Positions 38,248-51,640 of a DNA stretch of 64,000 bases are shown here, piece by piece. The DNA is from Camelus dromedarius (lineage: Eukaryota), in contig NC_087437.1 in NCBI RefSeq assembly GCF_036321535.1, positions 108,068,001-108,132,000 of the forward strand, read 5' to 3'. The notes beneath the pieces are model-generated. The model did no database searches. It was given only the letters and a program-made list of their open reading frames with translations, and was not told the origin of the DNA. Position 1 is the stretch's first letter; each line of letters starts with the position of its first letter. The position numbers and the translations under genes were made by a program.

Positions 38248-41200
38248 GTGATTTAAAAAAAAAAATACATCCATGTCTACATAAGCATCCATACAGAATA
38301 AGATCTGGTAGTGTTCTTTGACCAAGCCATTATTTCTCACCTAAGTGACACCTTTAGTTGTCTGTGTTGCTTAATGAGTTCTACAAAGAACATTAACTTT
38401 AGCTTTCTTTTGCAACATAGAGTATGACTTTTTTCTTTCAATTCGTATGTTAAGTATGGCCTTTAGCACTACTCAATGGAGCTCAGAAAAGAGCCTTTTA
38501 ATTAATTTCTAAGTCTCTAATGAGTAGTCTAAGGTGAGGGTCATATTTTCTTTGTGTGTTTAAAGATTGTGTATACAAAATATTAATCACAGTAACTTTT
38601 AATAGTCATATGTATTTTAGACTATTCAAAATTGAAATTAAAAGGACTACCTTGAAAGACTTCTACAAGAAAAAGTGAGCTCAAGAACACTTTAAGGATC
38701 TCATATATATTACCTGGGATAGAATCCAGCCCTGGATAAATCAGGTCATTTGGTTATGAGTGAATTGTCCATAAATTTACTGTTTCTAATAGTTTTGATT
38801 TTGGCTGCAGAAGATTTAATCCAAATTAGTGCTGTGGGTTATTCTTAGTGGGTATTGGTATTCTTTTTCGAGATTTGCCTACACCATAAATTAAACCAGG
38901 CTGAAGAGCACTTTGGTGTGGCTGTGATGCTGGATTTTACTTAGGGACTTCAGAGCTGCTCTTGAACTCAAAAGTTCTAGGGCAGAGTTTTCAGTGCTGT
39001 GCTGGTAAAGAAAGCAGATCCGAGGAAATGCAGACCCATTACACAGGCACCCAGACATTTCTTTGTCACAAATAAAATACTGCATAATTGCTATCAAACT
39101 GTCTCCAGGTTAAAAAGTTTCCCCTTCAATTTAGAAAAAATGAAAAAGTGATGTTTTATATTAGAGTGTTTCTTATTGTCAATGCATACACACTTTCTGT
39201 TGGCTTAATCTCTTATGGTCTGCTTCTCCTCTCTTGTCTGCTTTTCTTACAAGCTCCTTTCTTGGGGTGAGATGAGGAAAAAAGGAAAATTTAGATTTAA
39301 ATAAATTGAGTCCAGTGATATCCCAGGGCTATCAGATGTTAGATGTCTCTGCTCTAACACTTCGCCTGTCCTAATTAATAACATTACATTCATATGCACA
39401 TTAGGGTAAATGGATTTGTTGTGTATGCCCTTTTACAGTTTGACTTTGGAAGTCTCCTCCACTTGGGAGACTTTGTGTTGGGGAAATCTGAAATTTCATT
39501 AATGACACTGTCTATTCAGAGCACCTGTTCGAGGTGCTCTCCCATGGCAAATATGACCCAGGAGCGATATAATCACCTTGATGTACTTTTGTGATTCATA
39601 TGAAATTCAAGCCTTTTGCAGTTTGAGTTCTTAGTAAAATACCATTTCCTGTTTTTAAGGGGAAAAATGGCATAAAAATCATCTAAAAAGACACATAAGG
39701 CCCTTGGACATCAAATAGGTCTTACAAAACAACATTTTAATGAATTAAGTGTAAATGAATCAGGAACATGTGGGTTGAATTTCCCTTGAAATACCCATGG
39801 GTTTAAAAATTAAAAACAAACAAAAAAAAAAGGCTTGGCAAAGAATCCTGTGCATTTTATTGAGCTCAAACCTTTTGAAAAAAAAAAAAAGGAAAAAGAA
39901 AGCAGCCTTGATTTGGTTGACTGAATTAAAAAAAAAACACTGCTGTAGTCTTTAATTATTTATTTTTTAATTCTATAAAAAGATTGAAAGTATAATAATG
40001 TTTCTTCTTGGGTGCCAGGCTCATTGACGTTAGTCCATTTTTCAAGGATATTAACATTTTGATTAAGCAGAACCCTCAAATCTTGGTTGTCTTTTTTCAG
40101 GGGCAGTAGTTACAGTCAGAGGAAGAAGAAAAAACTATAGTTCAAATAAAGTTCATTAGAGCTGAGACAAAGAAAATACAGTGATTGTTCAGTTCACTAA
40201 CCAAGAAGATCTAAACCCAAAGGAGTAGAAGGCCCAGTTAGCTAACCATTGAACAAAAGGCTAGAAAAACATTCATCTGAGGACCGGAGCTCAGGAGGTA
40301 AGGAAAGCTGAAATAAGTGAATAAATCTATGTTCTGAGAGGAAGACCTCGGATACAAGGAAATGGTGGGCAGAAAAAATAAAAATTAGATAGACTGAAAA
40401 ATCTTGAGTGGCAACTGGAAATGGCCAAAAGACAGCAGGGGCATGGGATTAGAAAGCTTCTAGAGATGAGAAAAACAGAGCAAATAAGAATACTCAAAGT
40501 TGTGCTGTGAATACAACTTTTAATATGAGTATGAATGCAAGCTGTTGGACTTACCAACTTCCACATAGTGGGAGCCCCACGACTGTATTATACTTGGGAA
40601 CTACTGACGGGAGCATGTCTTAAAACACATTTAAATGTACTCAAGAGAATTTACGGCATGATTGATTTACATAGATACATTTATGTTGAGATATATTATA
40701 CTCAGACTCTTGGTGGAGTAAAAATGTTTAATTGAGGGAGCCTAGGAGACATCAAGTCCCAATAGAGAAAAATCTGTAATTTGAAGATTTGAAGATTACT
40801 TTAAATCTATAATTTGAAGAAAGATCCTACATAGTAAAGAGAAGTCTGATGGGAGTCACCACTACTCCAGCTTAGGTTAAAGGGAAACTCATCTCTCTGT
40901 AGATGTTTTAGGTCAACTGAGCTAAACATTTAGGGGTTTTTTTTTGGAAGCACATTTCCCCAAACTCTTACATTATTAAATAGCTTTTCTTGTGAGGCAG
41001 AATTTGTGTGGTGAAAGGCATTATAAACATTATTTTTCTTCCTAGGAAATGCTACTAATTGATAAAGATTATTGATGATGTTACATATTTATGGCACCAA
41101 TACATCAAGACAGTGTTCAGATGACATAGAAAAAGATGTCTGAGAAAGTTAATCTTATTATTGAACAAGATTTGCAAAAGCATAGATTTAGTTAAAAGGC

Positions 41201-42511
41201 AAATGTGAAAATCTTAGCAGAAACTGTGCAGTAATATTGGGCCCACCACCAGTAATAACCTTTCCCCAAAAAACAATCTAAAGAAAAAGAACTGGCAAAA
41301 GAATCATAATAATAACAATAATAATTATTATTATAAGAAAAAGAAGAAAAGAAGACAGAAGAAGGAGGAGAGGAGAAATCAGTACAAGTTGGGGAGTAGC
41401 AAACCATATTTTGTCTTTAATTATTATTAACTGAAAATTTTAAAATGACAGAAAAAGACAAAGTTTATGCAGAAAATGGGTTCACGTACAGTATAAACTC
41501 ATAGAAAACGTGAGTGCCCAAGACACAGCTGTTGATAATAAAAATGACATGACAAACGAAACTGGGATCTAGTCATTGACTAATAATTAATAGTCTCAAA
41601 TACAGAATTTGCAATTTGCCCAGAAAAGTAGGCAATTTCCTTTCTTTCTTTTACATTCCTTTTTTTCTTTTACATTTATGTTAAAAGGTAAAAGAGAATA
41701 AACAGGGTCACTTCCAGAATTTTTCAAGACTTCACCAGGTTTCCTCGACAGAGAGCAACTCAGTCTTATCTACAGGAGAGCGAAGTGATGCAGGGCTTCG
41801 ACTAGGGGATGTAATTTTACTTTACTGCAATGACTGTCCTCCACGATGCTCCGTCAGTCATCCTTTCTCTTCCTTTTAGTGACATGTGAGCAGATTCCAA
41901 AATGGGATTCAAATATACACCCTTTAAAGTTTAATCTCAAATTCAACGTAAGAATCTGTTTCTCTTAAACTAGCCTAGATTAGGGCTGAGACCTGGTGTT
42001 CGCAGAAAGCTGGGGTTGGGAGAGGCAAGCTCTGGCCCTGAGCTGTCGCATCCTTGCCCTCTTCAGTGTGCTGGAGTGGGGAGAAAAGTGAGCCAAAGGG
42101 ATGTGTCTTTTCTCAACTGTCTGCCCTTGTAATGCTCAGTCATCTTATTGTCACTGCTTCTCTCTCTAATATCGATTAACCTTTGATACACTCTGGGCCA
42201 CTAGCAGGTAGCAGGTTTTTACATGCTGATGAAAGAACCCTATTGGTAATTGAAGAGGTAATTCATCCACCTCCTAAAAGCTCTGGTAGAATGCACATGT
42301 TGTGAAAACGATAACACTGGCACCCTACATAAGAGGGATAACCTCTTTGGGATCATGATTTTGCTATAAACCTGCTGTATAGCTTATATTTTGTTCAAGG
42401 TACTTTCATGAGGAGGTATTTAAGAGTTTGTACTTCTCTTGGCTTAAATCTATCATGCTAACATTTTCACCAGCTTTTATAATTTCAAGATAATTTTCGA
42501 AATAATTTAGA

Positions 42512-42615
42512 GTCTTGCGACTCCGAATCAAAACCAGGGAGCTACCTCATGATGTGTTTCGGTGTCTTGCAACTCCGAATCAAAACCAGGGAGCTACCTC
42601 ATGATGTGTTTCGGT
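42512..42615 (+). repeat. 52-bp tandem duplication (2 copies, 1 mismatch)
   Basis: gtcttgc(g/a)actccgaatcaaaaccagggagctacctcatgatgtgtttcggt at 42512-42563 and 42564-42615. Confidence 0.98.
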
Positions 42616-43331
42616 GCTCTTCTGCATTCTATTTAATTCATACATGAGTTACAATGGATGATTCTGTACGTCACTGCAACGGTTCAGACAAGGTTATCAA
42701 TGGGAATGTGTGCATGCCCATGAATGTGTACCTGTGTCTGTGTGCAAGCGTGTGTGTGTGTGTGTACTGGGGGTGAGACGTGGTAAGAGGAGGAAGAGTA
42801 ACCAATCAAAGCCAACATGAATTTATTCTGTGCAGTCATTCCACGTTAGCACATCTTTCACTCTCTTTACCCAAAATTGCCCTCTGAAAAATTGTTAAAT
42901 CCATTTAATATACCGGGAAGTGAAGCAAGTCAACTATTGTATGCAAATTCCTGATGCTTTTGATCTGTCTCAGAGACAATTCAGCTGTAAAGTGCATCTC
43001 ATCTTACCCCTAGGGTTGTTCGTGAACTTGATCCTTGGGAACACCTGTTATTAGCATGGCTTGAAGTTCTCTGTGTTGCTTTTCCTCATTTTGGACTCTG
43101 TTTCAGCCAGATGCTGATAATTAGGAAAACAAAGCAAATCCCTCCCATGGATGCTGGCCTCTGCAGAAAGCCAAGGGAACAGAAAGCCAAAGAACACCAT
43201 AAGGCTTTTTGTTTTAAACCAGGAGGCATGCTACACTATATTCTCCAGGACTGCAAAACCACAGGAATGGATTAATATCACTAACCCCAAGAGACATTTG
43301 TGTATGGATGAGGGGGGACATGAGAAGAATA

Positions 43332-43523
43332 TTAATCTATGATGTATGACCTCATATTTTCTGAAAAAGTTTTTAAAGCCACATGCATTTGAATCATTGC
43401 GTTGTAAATGTATCCACCATATAAGATGAATAAGATGGCTAAGTACCAAGAGCCGAGTTCTTTTCCAGAAGTTACTATTTTTAGCTCAGGAGATTCTTCA
43501 ATTATTATGCAGAGATGGATGGT
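43332..43523 (-). other. Candidate exon after a strong acceptor
   Basis: Minus strand cttattttcagtctgctttctttacag|ACCATC; frame open to the stop at 43332 (TIHLCIIIEE...YIID); no recognisable homology. Confidence 0.2.
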
Positions 43524-44094
43524 CTGTAAAGAAAGCAGACTGAAAATAAGAACCGAAAAGCAAAGCAAAACTCTGGCACCAGATAAGCTCTTTCAATGAA
43601 TCATTAGCTTATCTTTGAATATAGCACATATACATATATATGTATGTAATACATTCAATAAATACAATAAATACATATGTATATGTTTATAAGTTAGGGG
43701 GATATATGACACTCAATGGTAATTAAGAAAAGCATTAAAATTTATATTATTGTTTAAATACTTGAAGTATGGAAACAAAATTAAGATATTTCCTGTGTTC
43801 TAGAGACTTTTAAGAGATATAAATCAATGTGCATTTTAATAATTTAATATACTTGCCATATTTCCCTTTGTTTCCTGATATAAGGATTTCTTGAGCATCT
43901 CACATATGCAAAGCATTTTGCTAGGTACTATGGATACTAAAGATAAAACTTCAACATTGTAGATAAAGCATGTTCACTAAAATTTCTCAGTGCTCTAGGA
44001 TTTAAGATTTTACTCGCAGCTACCTTTCAGATCTTATTATTCTTCTACCTATAGAAACCTCTCTAACTACTGTTGTTTAAAGTTCCCCAAATGA

Positions 44095-44322
44095 GGATGT
44101 GAGGACAATCTGGCTGTGACAGCTGTCACCCCATTTATCCCCAGGGTAGATTTGGCTCCTCTGGCTGGCTAGGCAGGGGTCCTATGTGCATTCCGCTGGA
44201 AGCTGAGTGCTCACTCGGTGGAAGAGGTTGACCTTCCCAGATAGAGGAGAACTGTCTTTTGTTCAAGGGGATACAAGTAGCTGCGTTCCCTGCTAGAACC
44301 GCCAAACAAGCTCTCAAAGTCC
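44095..44322 (+). pseudogene. RN7SK: 7SK snRNA retropseudogene, 3'-truncated and tailless
   Basis: Starts GGATGTGAGG at 7SK +1; ctgtcaccccatt, tctggctggctaggc, gatagaggag, gtagctgcg and ccctgctagaacc.ccaaacaagctctcaa are colinear with roughly the first 245 nt of 7SK; TSD aaagttccccaaatga (44079-44094) / aaagtcccccaaatga (44316-44331). Confidence 0.95.
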
Positions 44323-44399
44323 CCCAAATGAGCCCTAGATGTTCAAAGAAATGTATACCATGTACATAATATATCTCTTTATCTTTAGGGGTCACAGTC

Positions 44400-45240
44400 T
44401 GAGCAGCATTCAGATGTGATAAAAACCAGCTGGAATATTATTTTAGTAAGCCAGAACAGTGCAATTAGGGTTTGATGTAGGGTAATGGAATTTGAGATAA
44501 AAATGAAGGGATAGATTCAAGAGATGCTATTTTTTTTTTAACTAGGGTAAGATTGATTATCTGTGAGAAATGAAGGGAAATAGGTGTTGTGATGACTGAC
44601 ATTTCAAATCTGGATGACTGGGAGAATGATCATGCCACAAATACAAATAGGAGCATCAAAAATAAGAGTTTGGCTTGTGGGGAAAACATCAGTTTGATGA
44701 TTTTAAATTCAAGATGCCTGCGAGACATCCCGGACATATGATGAAAGTACGTAAAGACCTGGAATGAGAACTTGAGGCTGGCACTGAGCTTGGCGGGGCA
44801 TCTAGTTGGAAAGCAATGGTTGAACTTACAGGTGGAGGCTCTGCTGTAAGAAAACCAGACAAGGAAAGAACATTGATAAATATATCTTTTTAGAGGACAA
44901 GAGCAGGATGAGGAACTAGCTACCAACTGACACACAAAAAAGCAACCTTCTCACATCAGAGACATGAGGAAAAGAGAGAATCAAAGGCAGGGGAGGTCAA
45001 TGATATTAGCTATTGTAAATGCCCAAATAAAGGCTGATGAAGGATCTCTGCTCGATGAATGCTAATCAGCTTTAAGAAGGAAAGTCAGTAAAGGGGCAGA
45101 TGCAAAAGAGTCATAGTTACTGGATTTGAGTGTAAAATTAGTAAACAAATGGGGAGCATTATTTGATTCCTTGGGAACTTGAAGATGAAAGGATGGCACC
45201 AGAGAGTATGACAGCTTGAAAGAGACTAAATGAGGTAGAA
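44400..45240 (-). mobile_element. L2 LINE (its 3' end probably at ~43886-43960)
   Basis: gatagattcaagaga, gatgactgacatttc...ggatgactgggagaatg, ttcaagatgcctgcgagacatcc are antisense L2. Confidence 0.7.
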
Positions 45241-48200
45241 AATGCAACCCTTACTATCTATAATCCAGTCTTTACATTGTGTTAGATACTGAATATTTAG
45301 GTAGCAAAATCTTAGATTCAATTTTGTATTGGGGGAAACAAATTGCAACACATTCTAGCCCATGTAAGACCCCCCAACAAATGTACTGACTGTACTTTAA
45401 TAATAATGATAATAATAATAATAAGAATTAATAAGAATAAAAGATAATCTAGCAAAAATATCTACAGAATGTAAAATAGTTAAGAGCCAATTAAGTAATA
45501 ACTTGGCATGTAATCTACTCTTTAGTAGGTATGTTTGAGAGTGACATACAAAATATTGTATAATATTGGATATTGATTGTGTTTTGCTTCTACACTGTGA
45601 AAAATATATAATAATAAAAATAAAAATAAAAGAATGTGTTAAAGATATGTCTAGGTTGAATCTTTATCAAGGAACATGTCAACTGTCATTTTTTTAGCCA
45701 GCTCTATTATTATTCAACTATTCAATATGGTCCCCATAAAAAGAGAGAAAGGATGAGCAACTCAGAATGATTGATGTTGAAAAGATAATAATAGCTAATG
45801 ATTGTCAATTGATTATTTTTACTAGGCATTGTCTCATCGTTTGTAGCAACTCTACAACATAAGTAACCTGATAATCTGACTTGCTGTCTCATTTGGATGT
45901 GCAACTCCCCACAGATGTCAGGGAGGGTGTTTGGATCCTGATAAGTCAGTTGCTGCTGTCTGCAGTACGGACTGCCTAAGTCAAAATCAGATTGCATCCA
46001 TTTCTAAAGCAAAGCTTGGAGCAAGAAGAAAGACTTTATGCACCTATAAAGATCTGGGACATGACAATGGGACCCTAGAATCAGAAATATCATAAAAGAG
46101 GCCTTACACAGTAGGAATAATATAAATAAAAGAGATTACGTGTTTACAATAGTCCTTTGAGGGAGAGAAATGATCCTCTTGTTGGCACTACATGAAACTG
46201 ATTTTAATCAGTGTAATAGGGAACATAGATGCTTTGTGAAAGGAAAATTCTATAATAGAACATTTAGGAGGAAGATTATTATTTTTTCTGTGTGACTAGA
46301 AATTCTCATAAAAAGAAAAATCAAGTAATATGGTGTGTGGACTGTGAGTAATTGCTGTTTGATGAAAGAAAAGATGGGGGTGAGGAATGAGATGGTCCAA
46401 GGAAGAACTGTAAAATTCAACCAGTATAATTTGCTGCAAAATTGTTTCCCATTATAAAGTACCAAAATTTAAAAAGGATACAGTTTGGTCTAGGAAAATC
46501 ACACAAAATAAATACCTAATTTTTTTTTGAAAATTGCCTTAGACCTACACCACAATGAAAGCAAAATATTGAGTCAGTGTGAAAACAATCTATTTCTTAT
46601 ATGATTACTTTTCATCTTGAAATTTGGCAAAATATAATGACAACATATTATTACTTCAAAGTATTCTGTGGGATTAAAATGTTTTCCTTTTGAAAAAAAT
46701 TAAACTTACATTATGCCAAATGAGTGCTATGCAAGAAGTATAAAGAGATATAGCTAGAAGAATAATCCAAAATTTATTTTCATATCCAGATTCTAAATTT
46801 TTGAAAACTTGTATTGCTTTCTTCTAATATTTAAGCAACTAACTTGCTACCTACTAGTCTTGCCATGATGTAAATTTACAAAGCATAGGTTATGATTACT
46901 GACTGAGCTGTATAACCTGAATCTAGCCCCCCAGACTAAATCCCTATAATGATTAACAAGAAACAATGAAAGGGGGAGAAGGGAAATTAGATACAAAAAA
47001 AAAATACTGTTGCATTGGAGCAGACAGTTACCCTAAACCCTGCCACTTCCGTATGTAATCTTGTATCAGGACACCTGAATCAGATGTACAAAGATTATGA
47101 TATTATCAAGCCTTTGGATCACTAATAAAGTGTTACTTGAAATGTGGATCCCAAAACAACCTTCAGAAGTTAAACTGTAACTTCAAAATATGCTAGAATT
47201 TTATCTTGGATGTTAATTTGTACTGTCTAAAGTGGTAGAGCAAAAAAAGGTCAGTATATTAGAGAGTGGAGACATGAAATTCATTCTGGAAAGCAATGAG
47301 TTCTACTGGGGAGGAAGTGAGAGGGTATGAGGTTCTAATTTAGGCTATCAGTGGACATACCCAGGCATTTTTAACCAACTTTATAAATTAAGAATTTCAG
47401 AAAGAAAACATGCCAAAGGGCTAGTTGTAAGAAACTAGTTTTAATATTTACCTTGGATTTTGGTTGAGTCAACCTACTTACAGCTCAATAATCTGTTTTA
47501 TTGTTTTAGGAAACAAAAATTAATTTCAAGGCATAAATTTAACAAGATTTCCAAAGTTTTTCAATTAAACAAGAGGGATTCCATTTTAAATGTTAAGCAT
47601 AAATACAAAAGATCAGAAGTAAATACAGGTTTATTTTAGAAATAATCATCTCTGTCATCCTGTTTAGGAATGAGCATGGTTGGAGAAAACAGTTCTTTGA
47701 TCCATCTCTCTTGCTGAGCTAACGTGTCCCCCAGTGTGGATTCAAAATCACTACAAGAGTGCAACTTATCAGTTATAATAAGAAACAGAATCATCAGAAA
47801 ATTAGAGGTAAACCTCCTAGGAGATAACCATATTAATATTCAGAGTGATCTGAAGAGGTAGACAATGCAGAGTAAAGAGAAGAAAACTATGTTGAAAGGA
47901 CAATCAAAGAGGGATCTACTTTAGTTCGTATTTATGGAATTATCAAACATTACATTTAAACACAAGGTACCAGGAAGTAGCCTATGAAAGAACCAACCTG
48001 GAAACAAGCTGAGAAAAGTCTTGATAGCAAATTCACTTTCTTACTAACTTGTTTACTGAAGAATGAGAATCTAGAAAGGGGCTCGAGAGGGTATTTTGTC
48101 TCTCTGGCAGGACTATCACTCATTTATCTCCTCAATAAGAACTTCAATGCATGCCAGTAGACATTGATACTTGATTTTACAGTAGACAGCTGTCATACAA

Positions 48201-50829
48201 ATAAAAAAAAAAATAAGATTGTTAAATTATTCTTTTGTAAATCAGTTTATTTGATGTGCACAAAATTGAGTATATGATTTAGAATTAACAGTGAAAAGTT
48301 GACCTTATAAATGTGATAATCCATGAGGAAATGTATTAAGCCAGCATTTTACTGAGTGTGGTGAGTGTTGATGCTGCTAGTAAATCCTATGATGAGTTAC
48401 AAATTATAATAACTTTTGTTTTGGAGTGCTGTGTACCAGGAGCTCTGGGTAACTCCTTCTTAATGGACTGTCCACACCTGAAATATTACTATTACATAAA
48501 CAATGGAATAGTTTAAAAGTTTATATGTGATACCTCTACCCCTTTACCTCCTCACTGAGATAAAAGGAAAAAAGTATTTGTAAAATAAAGGGATTATCAT
48601 GTCTGCTCCCTTATAAGACTACCAAAACACTTATTTTAAATAGTGTATTTTCTGTGAAGTAATTTTACGTGAAATCTTGGCATCTGTATGGTTCTTATCG
48701 TGATTCTGAAATTTGCGGGGTAACTATATTACTAAGCAAACAACTGAACTTTACAAGTAAGTAAAAAGAAAGCGTTACTCATTTTTCATGCCAATAGTCA
48801 TAACTAGCTTTGTTAGCTATGATGGCTAAATATAAATTTTATAAAGGATGCCAAACATAATTCCTGGTTTCACTGGATTTAAAACCTAATTAAGAAAAAT
48901 TATGCATATTATTCATTTCAATATTGCTAAGAAGAGAAAATAGCTTGTTTTAAAGGATTCAGTTTACAGCACAATGTGATCCAATTTAGAACACAAAACT
49001 TTAAAATGCACTCATATTTTTTCCAAGAACTGTAATACACCAACAGGATATAACTTGTTATAAAGAGAAAAATTTATCATGAACCATATCCCTAGATTGT
49101 TTTGTGTGAATAACATACATATTTTCATAATATATTTGGGAAAATGACCTCTTGTTGCTACCATTTTAGTTATATTAGATTAAATAAAAGTATAACAGAC
49201 ACACTGTTTTACTCTCATAACACTATCTGTGTTAATATAGAGGAGGTATAAATAACCCAGAACAATAACTAGTTGAATAATTATAAAATATGTTTACAAC
49301 ATATGATTTTGTACTTCAGAGAACACAGAAAGACCACTGGAACATCTAGTTGGAGAAAAACCAAAGTTCTTGCTTTGTTTATTCAATTGGTTGGTTTTAT
49401 TTTGAATTTACCTGCAGATATATCCAAATAAGACAGTGTAATACAAGTCTGCTAAAAATGTATCTGAAATAATTTAATAAACAACTCAATACGTACATAA
49501 GAAAGTACTTGACTTTAAAAAATACGTATGAAATAGTTACTGTGATGTCATAAACTGAGTTTTCTTAGCACTGAAATCATAAAATCCAAGAGCAAGAAAG
49601 ATACTTAGAGTTCTTCTAAGGACTATTTTATAGTTTTCACCTAGTAAAATTTACTTGTTTACTGTTCCTTAGGTAAAGAGCAATTTGTTGAATTTCCTAT
49701 GGGAATCTAACTTCATTGAAAGGAAGACCATGTCTAATGCATGTTTGAATATCTGACAATTATGGCAGTTCCTGCCTCCCAGTAGGGGATTTAATATTCT
49801 GAGAACTAAGTCTTATATTGTTGAGACTTAGCAGAAACTGGAAAAAATATTGCGTGTGCACGTGCGCACGCGCACACACACACTCACACACCACATACCA
49901 GTATTTAAATAATTTTCTCCAGGTTTCTTGGTTGCAGTCATGGCCAAGTCAAATGCTTCCACCATTGCCATTTTGCTATGTCTTTAAGGCTCCGCCCAAA
50001 GCAGCATACCCTCTGGGAAACCTTGCCTGCTCCACCTCGTGGAATTTCATGTTACTCAAAGATTTTTCCACCACATGGCTTTATTAGGTCGCTTCTCTGT
50101 CCATATTGAAATTAATCTACTTTCACATCCCCTTTTTCCACACTGGAACTGTTAAAGAACAGGATCATAACTGACTGATCTTTTTATCTCCAGCTCTGTG
50201 CCCTTTGCTAGTAAGTAACCTATTGGACATCTGAAACATACTTGTTAAGTAAATAAATTAGTGAAGCAGTAAAGAAATATGTGAAAATTATATTTTATTA
50301 ATGAGTTAGTTCATTAACTCCCCAATGAAAAGGAAACATTATTCTTAGGAGGGGAAATGCTTGCTTGCTGGGGAGAGGAACCATCTGAACAGCTCTACCC
50401 ACACCCCCAAACCTCTAGCTCTGTTTAGAGATGGCAGCTTGAAAAATGCATCGCATGTGTGAATTAGATATTCATAGAGGGCAAAAAACTGTTACATAAG
50501 GCTGATTTAGAAGAAAAACATTGGGGAAAATTATGACTTTAAAGTGGGGAAAATTTCATCTTACCAGTTTTTCCCATGAAAATTGTATTAAACTTATAAT
50601 TTCAACTTGCACATTTGCTCTGAGACTCACTTCTCCTTACTAACATATCCCGAAGAAATTCCTTATCTTAGAATTATCTTTACTCTCTCACTACTCTTTT
50701 TAGATTTCAAAGCTGGATTTATTTTTTTAAATTCAGATTTACTAGTCTTTCTTTTCACCAGCTTCAAGTCTGATGGTGGTGGTGTTTGTTTGTTTTGCTT
50801 GTTACTAAGCAAAAATAAAATAACATATA

Positions 50830-50952
50830 GAATCTGGGCTCCATGAGGGCAAGATTGTTGTCAGTTTGGGCACTGTTGGATTCTCATGCTTAGAACAGTT
50901 TCTGACACATATTAGGCAGTCAATGCATATTTGTTAAATAAACTAATGAATA
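50830..50952 (+). mobile_element. L2 3' end
   Basis: gctccatgagggcaaga...gcttagaacagtttctgacacatattaggcagtcaatgcatatttgttaaat. Confidence 0.8.
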
Positions 50953-51473
50953 GAAGAGAGCAAAATTATTACCAGTATCTTTCTGTATGGTGTCACTTTA
51001 TATATGTGTGTTTCTGAAGGATTTCTAAGTGTTTTCAGATATATTATTTAAACTATGTGATTAAAAGAATCTTAAAAGCCAGCAGTTGTGTATTTTTTGG
51101 TTAATTGGTATGTACCTGATCGGTAGTACTTTATACAAATTGAGTGATTACAACTTAATTTAGTAAATATGACTTTTTCTCTTTTTAAAAAGTGAATTAT
51201 GAAACATCCGAGACATACAAAATCTATAAACAAATGACCCAGCAAAGACTCATCAACCTATTCAGCTAAATTACTAGAAATATTTTTTCTAATAGGGTTG
51301 AAATTTCTATATACTCCTCCCACATCACTCTCCCCGACACATGCGTGCGAGCGCTTACACACACACTCACACACGCACACACACGTTATTCTGAATCTGG
51401 CAACTTCTGTGCCCAGGCATTTCTTTATAACTTTAGATCAATGGTCATATCTCCCTCTGATACATAGTGTTCT

Positions 51474-51640
51474 AGCTGGGGTTCTCAGCCTGTGGTCTCC
51501 AGTCCAACAGCATCACCTGGGAACAAGTTAGAGATACAAGATCTCGGTCTCCGTCCCCGATGTACCATGCCGGAAACTCTGGAACTGGGGCACAGCCTCC
51601 GTGGGATTCCAGCGCATGCCGAAGGTCAAGAACCGCTGGT
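51474..51640. mobile_element. MER5A-like DNA transposon
   Basis: gggttctcagcctgtggtc...agcatcacctgggaac...gaaactctgg...aaggtcaagaaccgctg. Confidence 0.75.

Noticed and set aside
42512..42615. CRISPR-like repeat
   Set aside because: Two abutting copies, no spacers, no cas genes, mammalian context
44095..44322. Functional 7SK gene
   Set aside because: 3'-truncated, many substitutions, internal deletion, TSD present, no recognisable upstream type-3 Pol III promoter
45722..45997. 91-aa minus-strand ORF
   Set aside because: No recognisable homology and no convincing splice sites
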